Of a stretch of 64,000 nt of DNA, positions 1 to 8,858 are shown one piece after another. Origin of the DNA: Sulfurovum sp. (GTDB lineage: Bacteria > Campylobacterota > Campylobacteria > Campylobacterales > Sulfurovaceae); contig DYMX01000001.1 in the NCBI GenBank assembly GCA_020721345.1, positions 9,960-73,959 of the forward strand, read 5' to 3'. The notes under the pieces were generated by a model. It saw nothing but the letters and a program-made list of their open reading frames with translations, was not told the origin of the DNA and ran no database searches. How positions within the stretch are numbered: the stretch's first letter is position 1; the number at the start of each line of letters is the position of its first letter. The translations under genes and the position numbers were made by a program.

Positions 1-72
1 TATGGCTTTAAAGGTGCTGTAGTAGCCCTCTTTTCCATAGAGCCACTCGCTCATATATTTGCTAAAATTCAT
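1..72 (-). CDS. 5' end (24 codons) of a COG1565/MidA-like SAM-dependent methyltransferase; the gene runs off the left edge
   Basis: Minus-strand ATG at 72-70 overlaps the argD stop (ATGA). The translation MNFSKYMSEWLYGKEGYYSTFKAI resembles the conserved N-terminus (LY..GYY) of this family as I remember it. Confidence 0.4.
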   Translation of the reverse strand, partial: MNFSKYMSEWLYGKEGYYSTFKAI

Positions 73-1253
73 ATATTTTCTAAAGCCTTATTCAGTCTCG
101 CAAAACCTTCGTTTATCTCATCTTTAGTGATAGTAAGGCTTGGCAGAAATCTAACAGTGTTGTTGCCGGATTTTAACACTATCACGCCCTCTTTCATCAC
201 CTGCTTGATGGTTTTTATTTGTATGTCGCTGTTTTTAGCTTTCAATCCTCTCATAAACCCTATTCCAGTGATGCTATCAAATTTATCTTGATTGGCTTTT
301 ATTACTTCTTTTAATTTTTCTTCAAAGTAAACTATTGTAGCGTCAAGCTGCCCATCTTTTTTAATATTTTCCAATATATCCAATGTTGCGTTGCCTGCTG
401 CGGTACTCAGGTAGTTTCCGCCGAATGTACTTCCATGATCACCTGCTACAAATATATCTTTGTGAGGTGTTACAACGGCTCCTATCGGCACACCGCCGCC
501 AAGTCCTTTGGCTAATGTTATAATATCAGGCTTGATGCCGTAAACTTGCGAAACCAAAAACTCTCCGCTTCTAAAAACTCCCGTTTGAACTTCATCGACT
601 ATAAGCAAGATATCTTTTTCTTTTAAAACTTTTGCTAAATGCTCTACTTCATCATGAGGCAGCTCTGCAACGCCGCCCTCACCTTTTATAAGTTCTATCA
701 TAACCGCAACAGTTTCATCATCTATCGCGTTTTCGATATCTTTCAAACTTTGGATACACGAAAAACCCTCGATATAAGGCGCAAAACATGATGGATGAAA
801 ACTATCCTGCCCTGTAGCTTTTACAGTAGCAAGAGTTCTGCCATGAAATGAATTTTCAAGCGTTATGATCTTGTATCTTTTTTTATCAAACTTAATTTCA
901 CCGTATTTTCTAGCTAGCTTTATTGCGCCTTCATTTGCCTCTGCGCCGGAGTTTGAAAAAAATACTCCCACATCCTCACCATATAGTTCAGATATCTTTT
1001 GCGCCAATTTTGCTTGTGGTTCGATAACCTGCAAATTTGATATATGTATGATCTTTTTTGCCTGCTCACAGACGGCATTTGCTAGCTTTTCATTTCCATG
1101 TCCAACACTGTTTACGCCTATTCCGCTTGCAAAGTCTATATAATCCTTGCCGTTTTCATCATAAAGCGTAGAACCTGTGCCGTGAGTAAAATTTGTATAG
1201 TCTCTTGCATAAGTTTGCAAAACATATTTTTTATCTAACTCTTCTAATGTCAT
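69..1253 (-). CDS. argD: acetylornithine aminotransferase (class III PLP aminotransferase)
   Basis: 394-aa ORF with class-III aminotransferase motifs (SGAEANEGAIKLARKY, DEVQTG, TLAKGLGGG with the PLP lysine). argC lies elsewhere in the window. Confidence 0.85.
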   Translation of the reverse strand: MTLEELDKKYVLQTYARDYTNFTHGTGSTLYDENGKDYIDFASGIGVNSVGHGNEKLANAVCEQAKKIIHISNLQVIEPQAKLAQKISELYGEDVGVFFSNSGAEANEGAIKLARKYGEIKFDKKRYKIITLENSFHGRTLATVKATGQDSFHPSCFAPYIEGFSCIQSLKDIENAIDDETVAVMIELIKGEGGVAELPHDEVEHLAKVLKEKDILLIVDEVQTGVFRSGEFLVSQVYGIKPDIITLAKGLGGGVPIGAVVTPHKDIFVAGDHGSTFGGNYLSTAAGNATLDILENIKKDGQLDATIVYFEEKLKEVIKANQDKFDSITGIGFMRGLKAKNSDIQIKTIKQVMKEGVIVLKSGNNTVRFLPSLTITKDEINEGFARLNKALENI

Positions 1254-1278
1254 CTTTTCTCTTTTGTTTTTTTCATAA

Positions 1279-1815
1279 TTATACCACCACTTTAGATAGT
1301 GATACCTTTACCTCGCCATAACAAGCGCTATGCCCCTCATTTGATATGGTTGATGGTGTGAGTTTGTTTACATTGAATGTATTTGCCGTTATCTTCACGC
1401 AATCGACTCTTATATCCTTGCTGTTTTTTACCTTTAACTTTATTTTGCCAAATTCTGAAACTACCATCTTTCCTTTTTGATCGCATTGATCTAGCCAAAA
1501 GTTTAGATAATGCTCTTCACTATCCAGTCCATTAAATCCTTTTAGCCTAAAGAGTTCTTTTGTAAAGTCATATTCGCTGATACCAAAATCGCACTCTTCG
1601 ATCTTTGCAACATATTCCAGCGCTTCTTTCATGCTCACGGCTTTACCGTTTATCATAGGTGTTGTTATACGTGATGCTTTTTGTATATTTGTATTTACAT
1701 TTGCGCAAAGAGATCCTTGCGTAAAAGGGTGCTCTTTGTCGCCGCTTATCTTATGGTTATCGCAAACAATAGCACATCCGTCATAACAGTCTAAAGCGCA
1801 GGCTGTGTGTTGCAT
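1279..1815 (-). pseudogene. internally deleted molybdopterin (bis-MGD) oxidoreductase remnant. The N-terminal 4Fe-4S domain is joined in frame to the C-terminal molybdopterin-binding barrel.
   Basis: The N-terminus (CALDCYDGCAIVC..GDKEHPFTQGSLC) is the Cx3Cx3C...C cluster motif of Mo/W oxidoreductases. The C-terminus (GKIKLKVKNSKDIRVDCVKI...NKLT...GEVKVSLSKV) looks like the terminal beta-barrel. The catalytic core of roughly 450 aa is absent. Confidence 0.5.
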
Positions 1816-1884
1816 TTTATACCTTTTAAAATTTTGGTTATATTATATTTTGTTTGCTTAATGTAAAGTTTTTAAATTCAAGTA

Positions 1885-2229
1885 GATAGGTGCGACTATA
1901 AGCCGAGTTCTGTCGTGGGTAGTTATTTATCTAGGCGCTGTATCGCTACAACGCTCAAGCGAAGTACTATTTTGGCATTACTGCCAAGTTAGAGACTCTT
2001 ACCATGTATTTCTTGCTACAGACAGGGTTTACCTAGCTGATCGTGTTACCACAGCCACTGGTGGGCTCTTACCCCACCCTTTCACCTTTGACCGCAGAAG
2101 CGGTAGTCTTCTCTCTGTTGCACTTGCCCTCAGATTGCTCTGGCCACCCGTTAGGTGGAGTCTTGTCTCTGTGTAGCTCGGACTTTCCTCCCGTGAAAAA
2201 TTCACCGGCAACTACCTATCGCACCTGTG
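1885..2229 (-). ncRNA. rnpB: RNase P RNA, bacterial type A
   Basis: The reverse complement contains the universal blocks GGAGGAAAGTCCGAGC, GGTGAAAGGGTGGGGTAAGAGCCCACC and ACAGAACTCGGCTTA. P1 pairing is AGGTGCGA (5' end, 2226-2219) with TCGCACCT (3' end, 1895-1888). The patch is locally GC-rich with only short ORFs on both strands. Ends are approximate. Confidence 0.9.
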
Positions 2230-2231
2230 GA

Positions 2232-2240
2232 ATTATATCA
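2232..2240 (-). promoter_or_regulatory. extended -10 element (TGATATAAT) for rnpB
   Basis: The reverse complement of 2232-2240 is TGATATAAT. It ends about 6 nt upstream of the predicted rnpB 5' end. Confidence 0.4.
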
Positions 2241-2274
2241 AAAATTTTTATAAATGATCATTTTATATTTATTT

Positions 2275-2344
2275 GAGAATAATTATCAATTTAATTACAG
2301 ATTAAGTTTTATAATGTTAGTATTTGATAACTATTATCATAAAG
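2275..2344 (+). promoter_or_regulatory. promoter region of the small operon: TATAAT (2310-2315) flanked by two Fur-box-like 19-mers (2275-2293 and 2326-2344)
   Basis: GAGAATAATTATCAATTTA and GATAACTATTATCATAAAG each match about 13/19 positions of the classical GATAATGATAATCATTATC consensus by hand alignment. In an AT-rich genome this is weak evidence. Confidence 0.3.
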
Positions 2345-2351
2345 GATGAAT

Positions 2352-2522
2352 ATGAGTGAGTGCGAAATCAAAATGGAAATAAGGCAAATAGTAAATGGCT
2401 GCAGCATGGCAAATGAAAAAGCAATTTATTCAATTGTAAGAATAATAAAAATGAGGCACAATGAGCTGGATAAGCAATATGTTGCAAATCTAGCAAAAAA
2501 TATAATAAAAGAGACAAATTAA
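2352..2522 (+). CDS. small hypothetical protein (56 aa, below the ORF-track cut-off)
   Basis: ATG at 2352 is preceded by AAAGGA. Translation is MSECEIKMEIRQIVNGCSMANEKAIYSIVRIIKMRHNELDKQYVANLAKNIIKETN. It sits 14 nt upstream of the next gene. Confidence 0.4.
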   Translation: MSECEIKMEIRQIVNGCSMANEKAIYSIVRIIKMRHNELDKQYVANLAKNIIKETN

Positions 2523-2536
2523 AACAAAGGGAAAAA

Positions 2537-2899
2537 ATGTCAGTTTTAGTATTGGGCGGGGATAAAATAAATTCTATTTTAAATATATTGTACGATATGG
2601 GTATAACTAGTGTTACTCACTGGACTGGAAGAAATTTAAAAAATGGCAGCAAGAAAGCAAAATCAATACCAAATAAAATTGATTTAGTATTGATGCTTAC
2701 AAATTTTCTTAACCACAATACAATGCTTCACTATAAACAAGAGGCAAAAAATCGCGGAGTTTGCGTAGCTTATAGCACAAGAAATATAGATTCTGTTAAA
2801 TGTGAGGTTTTAAGACTTATAAATAACAATGTAGATTTGCAACAAAAAATTTGTTCAGAGTGTTCACAAAGGAATAACTGCAATGAAAAAGTCAAATGA
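2537..2899 (+). CDS. DUF2325-like protein with a Cys-rich tail
   Basis: The pattern VLVLGGD...IDLVLMLTNFLNHNTMLHYKQEAKNRGVCVAYS matches my recollection of DUF2325 (IvGG...aDlVi.ltd.vsH......K..a). The C-terminal CSECSQRNNC is an extra. RBS is AAAGGGAAAAAATG. Confidence 0.55.
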   Translation: MSVLVLGGDKINSILNILYDMGITSVTHWTGRNLKNGSKKAKSIPNKIDLVLMLTNFLNHNTMLHYKQEAKNRGVCVAYSTRNIDSVKCEVLRLINNNVDLQQKICSECSQRNNCNEKVK

Positions 2900-3161
2900 A
2901 AATCTTGCATTAGAAGATTATTTTCTTATATCTGCTGACAATTTAGATATATCGAGCATTGAAGATTTTGATTATGAATTTTATCAGCTTGAATATTGTG
3001 AAAACAGCTTAGATATTCCTATTCATTTTATCGAATATACCAGTTTTGATGGGAATGAGCTTGAAATTTGTTTAAAAAAGATTGATGTTTGCGAAATTCA
3101 AGAAGATGATGATTGGTATTTTCAGCTAAAAAATTTAGCCAAATACTCTAGAGCATCATAA
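2883..3161 (+). CDS. hypothetical acidic protein (92 aa)
   Basis: ORF overlaps the previous gene by 17 nt. It is highly acidic (D/E-rich) and I recognise no motif. Confidence 0.45.
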   Translation: MKKSNENLALEDYFLISADNLDISSIEDFDYEFYQLEYCENSLDIPIHFIEYTSFDGNELEICLKKIDVCEIQEDDDWYFQLKNLAKYSRAS

Positions 3162-3166
3162 GATAA

Positions 3167-3196
3167 AATTTTACAGTCCAAATGGACTGTAAAATT
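3167..3196. terminator. bidirectional stem-loop terminator between convergent genes
   Basis: Near-perfect inverted repeat AAATTTTACAGTCCA-AA-TGGACTGTAAAATT with A/T runs on both sides. It lies between the 2883-3161 (+) gene and oorC (-). Confidence 0.6.
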
Positions 3197-3752
3197 ATTT
3201 TGCCATTGCTTCTTTAGCGTATTTTTCGCCAAGATCAAAAGCTTTTAGGTTAAGTTCATGTACTTTTGCAGGTACCTTACTTAACATCGTATCGATCAGT
3301 ACTTGTCTATCTATTGCATTCATATAAGTATTTGCTATAGCAAGCGCTACAACAGATTGAGTAATAACGTTCCCAACCTCTTCTTTTGCAATAGTAATGA
3401 TAGGAATTTCTACGATATTCCATTTTTTTCTATCCTCTTCAGTCGGATGAACAAGGTTTGGCTCAACCACTATAGTGCCGCCTTCACTCACACCGCCTTT
3501 AAATGAATTGAAACTAACTTGCGCAACTGAAAGCATAAAGTCTATCTCACCGTCATTTGCATAAGGGTAAAAGATCTCATCATCATCTAGGATAATATCA
3601 ACAACGGTCGGACCGCCTCTAACTTGTGATGTATATGTAGCTGTTTTTTGACCAAATCCACCGGCTTTTATTTTTGCTTCAGCAAAAATTTCTCCTGCAA
3701 GAAGAACACCCTGCCCACCAACACCTGTAAATCTCATTACTGTTCTAGCCAT
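3195..3752 (-). CDS. oorC: 2-oxoglutarate:acceptor oxidoreductase, gamma subunit
   Basis: 185-aa protein with the GVGGQG motif of 2-oxoacid:ferredoxin oxidoreductase gamma subunits. It is the last gene of the oorDABC order. Confidence 0.85.
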   Translation of the reverse strand: MARTVMRFTGVGGQGVLLAGEIFAEAKIKAGGFGQKTATYTSQVRGGPTVVDIILDDDEIFYPYANDGEIDFMLSVAQVSFNSFKGGVSEGGTIVVEPNLVHPTEEDRKKWNIVEIPIITIAKEEVGNVITQSVVALAIANTYMNAIDRQVLIDTMLSKVPAKVHELNLKAFDLGEKYAKEAMAK

Positions 3753-3763
3753 CGTGTTACTCC

Positions 3764-4621
3764 TTAAATCTTTTTAGCAAAATCATCTTGAGTGATCGTT
3801 TTGCGTTTGCCTTGATGTACAAGTTTTACTTGCTCATACATTTCACAATACTCTGCTGCATTTTCATCTTCATGCAATACTCCAGTTGGAAGTAGATTTT
3901 TTCTCTCTTCTTCGCTCATATTGTCATATTTTGTTTTAGATACCGTAATACTATCTATCCAGTCTAAGTTTTCCATAGCAGAATTCATTTTGTTTTTTCT
4001 ACCAAGATTGATATGACAATTTGATAAAACTTCCATAAAACTAAAGCCTTTATGCGCTAAACCTTTTGCTATCAATTTTTCTACTTTTTTAGGGTCACTT
4101 ACTTTTTCTCTACCAACAAATGACGCGCCGGCAGCAATAGCCAATTTACAAGCATTAAAAGTTGGATCGATATTACCGGCTTGTTGGCTAACAGTCCACA
4201 TACCTTGTGGCGTAGTTGGAGATGTTTGTGAATTTGTAAGACCATAGATAAAGTTATTAATTAAAATAAAAGTTATATCTATATTTCTTCTACATCCGTG
4301 AATCGTGTGATTTCCACCAATCGCCAAAGCATCACCATCACCTGCTACACACACAACATGCTTGTCAGGATTTGCAAGTTTAATACCTGTTGCAAATGCA
4401 ATTGTTCTACCATGCGTAGTATGAACTGTATTACAATCAACATAAGATGAAAATCTTCCGCTGCATCCAATACCTGAAACTAAACAAATATCGTCTTTGT
4501 TCCATCCAAGAGAATCAATAGCACGAATATAAGCTTTCAATATAACGCCATCTCCACAACCCCAACACCATAGTGTCGGCATTTTGTCAACTCTTAAATA
4601 ATTATCATAATTAAATGCCAT
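3764..4621 (-). CDS. oorB: 2-oxoglutarate:acceptor oxidoreductase, beta (TPP-binding) subunit
   Basis: CWGCGDG near the N-terminus, GIGCSGR, and the GDGD TPP-binding motif. Its position follows oorA. Confidence 0.9.
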   Translation of the reverse strand: MAFNYDNYLRVDKMPTLWCWGCGDGVILKAYIRAIDSLGWNKDDICLVSGIGCSGRFSSYVDCNTVHTTHGRTIAFATGIKLANPDKHVVCVAGDGDALAIGGNHTIHGCRRNIDITFILINNFIYGLTNSQTSPTTPQGMWTVSQQAGNIDPTFNACKLAIAAGASFVGREKVSDPKKVEKLIAKGLAHKGFSFMEVLSNCHINLGRKNKMNSAMENLDWIDSITVSKTKYDNMSEEERKNLLPTGVLHEDENAAEYCEMYEQVKLVHQGKRKTITQDDFAKKI

Positions 4622-5755
4622 TTACATTCCTTTCACTTTTTCTACTATCTCATATGGAGAGATCGGTCTGCCGTTAACTTTAAATAGTCCTTCTATATCA
4701 AGTCTTCCTGAAGCTCTTTGTATCTCGTCTCTGTATTGACCGATGTTTAGTTCAACAATAAGAACTTTTTGGATCTTGTCTGTCCAATGCTTGATTCTTT
4801 TTGCAGGACTTGGCCACATAGTAATAGGTCTAAATAAACCGGCTTTTATACCTGCTGCTCTAAGATGTCTTATAGCTTCTTTTGCGGCAAGCGATACTGA
4901 ACCGTAAGCTATCAGCAAGAACTCCGCATCCTCCATCATGAACTCTTCGTAAGACTCAAGCTCTTCTTCGTGTGCTTCAACTTTATTGAAAAGTCTCTCA
5001 ATTAGTTTTCTACAAGTCTCGATCTCTTCAGTAGGGAAACCATTTTTATCGTGATGAAGACCTGTAAAGTGATATTTATATCCTTTAAACATAGGATTAA
5101 GAACTGCCGGCTCGTCTTGAGCAACACCATAAGGATGATATTCGCTTGAATCGCCGGTAAACTCTTTTCTTGGTTTAATTCCAACCGTTACCTCTTCTTC
5201 AGTAGGTAGCATTGCTTTACCATGCATGTGACCAATTGTTTCATCCAAAAGTACAAATACCGGTTGCATAAATCTATCTGCTAGGTTAAATGCTCTTACA
5301 GTTTCAGTATAACACTCAGCCAAGTTTCCTGCACAAAGAGTTATCGACTTATAATCACCGTGCGATGGATTTTTTGCTTGAGCGATATCGCCTTGAGATA
5401 CCCTAGTCGGAAGACCCGTTGACGGACCGCCTCTCATAACATTTACTACAACAAGCGGCACTTCCGCCATTTGAGCAAGCCCAAGATTTTCAGCTTTCAA
5501 GCTAATTCCTGGACCACTTGTAGCAGTCATAGATCTAACGCCGCTCATAGATGCGCCGATAGCAGCAGCTACTCCCGCGATCTCATCTTCCATTTGAATA
5601 CATGCACCACCACGCTCCGGCATCAAGTCTGACATTTCATGCATAACTTCACTTGAAGGTGTGATAGGATATCCCCCAAAAAACTTACATCCAGCATCAG
5701 CAGCAGCCAAAGCCGCCAGCTCATTTCCGCTCGATATTACTTCTCTAGTAGCCAT
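4622..5755 (-). CDS. oorA: 2-oxoglutarate:acceptor oxidoreductase, alpha subunit
   Basis: 377-aa protein with the GYPITPSSE motif typical of OFOR alpha subunits. It abuts oorB. Confidence 0.9.
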   Translation of the reverse strand: MATREVISSGNELAALAAADAGCKFFGGYPITPSSEVMHEMSDLMPERGGACIQMEDEIAGVAAAIGASMSGVRSMTATSGPGISLKAENLGLAQMAEVPLVVVNVMRGGPSTGLPTRVSQGDIAQAKNPSHGDYKSITLCAGNLAECYTETVRAFNLADRFMQPVFVLLDETIGHMHGKAMLPTEEEVTVGIKPRKEFTGDSSEYHPYGVAQDEPAVLNPMFKGYKYHFTGLHHDKNGFPTEEIETCRKLIERLFNKVEAHEEELESYEEFMMEDAEFLLIAYGSVSLAAKEAIRHLRAAGIKAGLFRPITMWPSPAKRIKHWTDKIQKVLIVELNIGQYRDEIQRASGRLDIEGLFKVNGRPISPYEIVEKVKGM

Positions 5756-5764
5756 TTTTTCTCC

Positions 5765-6088
5765 TTAATAACCCGCAGGTAATCTATATTTATTATTTAT
5801 TATTGCTTCTGCTCTTTGTTTTGCCGCATCTGTAAGTTTTGCAAATTTATATTCAGCTTTTTCCGCCACATAAATAGCAAAATCCGGACATGACAATTCG
5901 CATTCGTTACAGCCTATACAAGATTCCGGAGCTATAACCGAGATCATTGCCCCAAGTGTTGAACTAGGCTCAGCCTGCATAGACAAAACACCTGCAGGAC
6001 AAGCATCAACACAAATGTCACATGCTTTGCATCTAGCTGTATTAACCCATACCGGCGTATTTTCAGGAGCTTTCATATTTGATGACAT
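5765..6088 (-). CDS. oorD: 2-oxoglutarate:acceptor oxidoreductase, delta (2x[4Fe-4S] ferredoxin) subunit
   Basis: Two CxxCxxCxxxCP motifs (CKACDICVDACP and CIGCNECELSCP). It is the first gene of the oor block. Confidence 0.85.
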   Translation of the reverse strand: MSSNMKAPENTPVWVNTARCKACDICVDACPAGVLSMQAEPSSTLGAMISVIAPESCIGCNECELSCPDFAIYVAEKAEYKFAKLTDAAKQRAEAIINNKYRLPAGY

Positions 6089-6270
6089 CTAATTCCCCTT
6101 TTTGTTATATTGTTAATTGGATGAAGATAAAATCTTCTACAAAGTGATGGTAGCCCTATTCACTTAAGATAGAATAACCAAAAATATATAATGATAATTT
6201 TAAACTTTTATAATAACGGATTAAAAGAAACAGCTGTTACTTTTTGTTGCACTAATTGTTTTTTAGATTT

Positions 6271-6549
6271 TTACTTATCGAGTTTACCGGTGGCGCAAGA
6301 GATAAAGCTTTTTGCTTTTGTTGTGATATTGTCGATCGTATCAAGCTTTTCATCGCTCATAGGATAACCTATGGATTTAAGAATTTCCCTAAGTTTATTT
6401 ATATCTTCATCTTTTATATCTAGCGTTATTTGTCTCGGAAAAAGATCCAAATCTACATCTATGTTACCAAAATCATTTAGTAACTTCTTTTTAAGAGTAT
6501 TGGCACATCCGCTACACTTGACATTTTCTACTTGAAATGTTTTTTTCAT
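6271..6549 (-). CDS. heavy-metal-associated (HMA) domain protein, CopZ-like metallochaperone
   Basis: The N-terminal VENVKCSGCANTLKKKL carries the CxxC metal-binding loop of the HMA ferredoxin-like fold. The protein is 92 aa. Confidence 0.7.
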   Translation of the reverse strand: MKKTFQVENVKCSGCANTLKKKLLNDFGNIDVDLDLFPRQITLDIKDEDINKLREILKSIGYPMSDEKLDTIDNITTKAKSFISCATGKLDK

Positions 6550-6572
6550 GGATAATTTCCTTTTTTAGGACA

Positions 6573-6581
6573 AGTATAGCA
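6573..6581 (-). promoter_or_regulatory. extended -10 (TGCTATACT) upstream of the HMA gene
   Basis: The reverse complement of 6573-6581 is TGCTATACT. It lies about 24 nt upstream of the ATG at 6549, with AAGGA between them. Confidence 0.35.
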
Positions 6582-6616
6582 TAATTGATAATTAGTAATA
6601 GCGAGATAGTTTGCAG

Positions 6617-6636
6617 GGTGGGATCGCTATCCCACC
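6617..6636. other. GC-rich stem-loop immediately after the sucD stop
   Basis: GGTGGGAT-CGCT-ATCCCACC is a perfect 8-bp stem. The T-run lies on the plus-strand side only, so it is not a classical terminator for the minus-strand sucD transcript. Confidence 0.4.
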
Positions 6637-6639
6637 ATT

Positions 6640-7512
6640 TTATTTTGAAAGAGCTTCTTTAACAGCTTTACCGATTTCAGCAGGGCTTACAACAACCGTT
6701 ACGCCGGCAGCTTTAAGAGCTTCCATTTTTTCAGCCGCAGTTCCGGCACTTCCGCTTACTATAGCTCCTGCGTGACCCATTCTCTTGCCTTTAGGCGCAG
6801 TCTGACCTGCAATAAATGCGACAACAGGTTTTGTAATATTTTTTTTGATAAAGGCAGCGGCTTGGATTTCAAGATCTCCGCCTATCTCACCTATCATTAC
6901 GATAGCTTTTGTTTCAGGATCTGCTTCGAACATAGGAAGAAGCTGTTTATATGAAAGACCTATGATAGGATCCCCGCCGATACCGACAGCAGTACTTATC
7001 CCGAAACCTTCTTTGCATACTTGGTTTGCGCCCTCATATGTCAAAGTACCTGATTTTGAAATAAGCCCTATATTTCCTTTTTTGAAAATATTTCCAGGCA
7101 TGATGCCTATTTTACACTCTTGAGCAGTAATGATACCAGGACAGTTTGGTCCTATTGTTTTCATACCTTTTTTGGTAGCATAAGCTTTTGCCATCTGCAT
7201 ATCTCTAACAGGAGCGCCTTCTGTGATAACAACAGCAAGTTCTATACCGGCATCAGCTGCTTCCATAACGGCATCACCAACAAATGCAGGCGGAACAAAT
7301 ATCATTGAAACAGTTGCGCCTGTTGTTTTTACGGCATCACTAACAATATTGAATACCGGAAGACCCAAGTGCTCTTGACCGCCTTTATTGGGCGTAACAC
7401 CGCCAACAATCTTAGTGCCGTATGCCAAACATTGCTCGGCATGAAAAGTTCCTTCTTTTCCAGTAAATCCTTGAACGATTACTTTTGTATCTTTATTTAC
7501 TAAAATTGACAT
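6640..7512 (-). CDS. sucD: succinyl-CoA synthetase, alpha subunit
   Basis: [20 protein letters not shown] and the phosphohistidine loop MGHAGAI. Its start overlaps the sucC stop. Confidence 0.95.
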   Translation of the reverse strand: MSILVNKDTKVIVQGFTGKEGTFHAEQCLAYGTKIVGGVTPNKGGQEHLGLPVFNIVSDAVKTTGATVSMIFVPPAFVGDAVMEAADAGIELAVVITEGAPVRDMQMAKAYATKKGMKTIGPNCPGIITAQECKIGIMPGNIFKKGNIGLISKSGTLTYEGANQVCKEGFGISTAVGIGGDPIIGLSYKQLLPMFEADPETKAIVMIGEIGGDLEIQAAAFIKKNITKPVVAFIAGQTAPKGKRMGHAGAIVSGSAGTAAEKMEALKAAGVTVVVSPAEIGKAVKEALSK

Positions 7513-8687
7513 TATTTCTCTCCTTTGGCAGCTTTTACGGCTTTTGCTGCGCCGTCAGCAAGGTCTGTAGCGGCTATTACATTTGGTATATTTGCATTTT
7601 TTAGAATCTCTGTTGCTTCCTCAGCATTTGTACCGTCAAGTCTAACGATAACAGGCACATGAACATCAACAAGTTTTGTTGCTTCTAGTATTCCGTTTGC
7701 GATTCTATCACATCTTACAATTCCACCAAAAATATTTACAAAAATTGCTTTTACATTTGGATTTTTAAGGATTATTTCAAAACCTTTTGCAACAGTTTCT
7801 GCATTTGCTTTACCGCCGACATCAAGGAAATTTGCAGGTGTTCCACCCATATAATTTATAGTATCCATAGTACCCATTGCAAGTCCTGCACCGTTTACCA
7901 TACAGCCGATTTCACCGTCAAGTGATACATAGCTAAGTCCATATTGACCTGCTTCTCTCTCATCCGGATCTTCTTCGCTAAGATCTCTCATAGCTTCTAT
8001 ATCAGGATGACGACCGAGTGCGCTATCATCAAATCCCATTTTTCCGTCAAGCGCCAAGAAGTCACCGCTTCCAGTTTTGATAAGCGGGTTTATCTCGATC
8101 ATTTCTGCATCATTATCCATATATACTTTGTAAAGCTTAGATGCAAAATTTATAAGTTTTTTTTGCTCATCCGGATCAGTGATGCCAAGCCCAAACACAA
8201 GTTCTCTTCCATGAAAACCTTGGAAACCGATAGCAGGATCAACTGCTATTTTTATAATTTTTTCCGGAGTATCATGAGCAACATCTTCGATAGCCATACC
8301 GCCTTCAGTTGAAGCCATGATAACAGGCATCTCTTTTGCACGATCTAAAACTACGCCGAGATACAACTCATCTTTGATGTCAGCACCCTCTTCTATATAA
8401 ACTTTTTGAACAAGTTTACCTTCCGGTCCTGTTTGATGAGTCACAAGAGTCATCCCAATGATTTCAGAAGCCAAGGTTTTAACTTCATCTAGTGAACGAG
8501 CGAGTTTAACACCTCCTCCAAGTCCTCTTCCGCCGGCATGTATTTGGGCTTTAACTACCCAGATGCTCCCTCCAAGTTCTTTGGCATTTATTAGCGCCTC
8601 ATCGGGCGTATTTGCCACAATCCCTCTAGGTGTTGGAACGCCATATTTAGCAAAAATCTGTTTTGCTTGATATTCGTGTATGTTCAC
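7512..8687 (-). CDS. sucC: succinyl-CoA synthetase, beta subunit
   Basis: [19 protein letters not shown]-terminus, an ATP-grasp region, and [10 protein letters not shown]. Confidence 0.95.
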   Translation of the reverse strand: MNIHEYQAKQIFAKYGVPTPRGIVANTPDEALINAKELGGSIWVVKAQIHAGGRGLGGGVKLARSLDEVKTLASEIIGMTLVTHQTGPEGKLVQKVYIEEGADIKDELYLGVVLDRAKEMPVIMASTEGGMAIEDVAHDTPEKIIKIAVDPAIGFQGFHGRELVFGLGITDPDEQKKLINFASKLYKVYMDNDAEMIEINPLIKTGSGDFLALDGKMGFDDSALGRHPDIEAMRDLSEEDPDEREAGQYGLSYVSLDGEIGCMVNGAGLAMGTMDTINYMGGTPANFLDVGGKANAETVAKGFEIILKNPNVKAIFVNIFGGIVRCDRIANGILEATKLVDVHVPVIVRLDGTNAEEATEILKNANIPNVIAATDLADGAAKAVKAAKGEK

Positions 8688-8858
8688 TGGGTCTCCTTCA
8701 TAATTTGATGATTATATTATATGACTTTTGATATTATTTTTTATTTGAATTTTGAAAAAGAAAGTTATTTTGCTGTTAAGTGGTACCAATTTACACACTT
8801 AAGCAAAAAAGAAATGCAATGTAAAAACATACTTAAATGTATATTTTTACTTGTTTAA

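Noticed and set aside
2029-2276. Two overlapping track ORFs (60 aa on the minus strand, 77 aa on the plus strand) in a GC-rich patch
   Set aside because: They lie entirely within the RNase P RNA gene. The GC-richness and open frames are a by-product of the structured RNA.
6575-6600. Fur-box-like AT-rich sequence (ATAATTGATAATTAGTAAT) upstream of the HMA gene
   Set aside because: The hexamer spacing is off by one relative to the Fur consensus, and such strings are expected by chance in AT-rich promoters. It is not reported as a regulatory site.
8770-8800. Imperfect inverted repeat TTAAGTG-N13-CACTTAA in the sucC upstream region as a possible regulator site
   Set aside because: It is a single occurrence with short 7-bp arms and no second copy noticed at other TCA promoters. 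The evidence is too weak to call.
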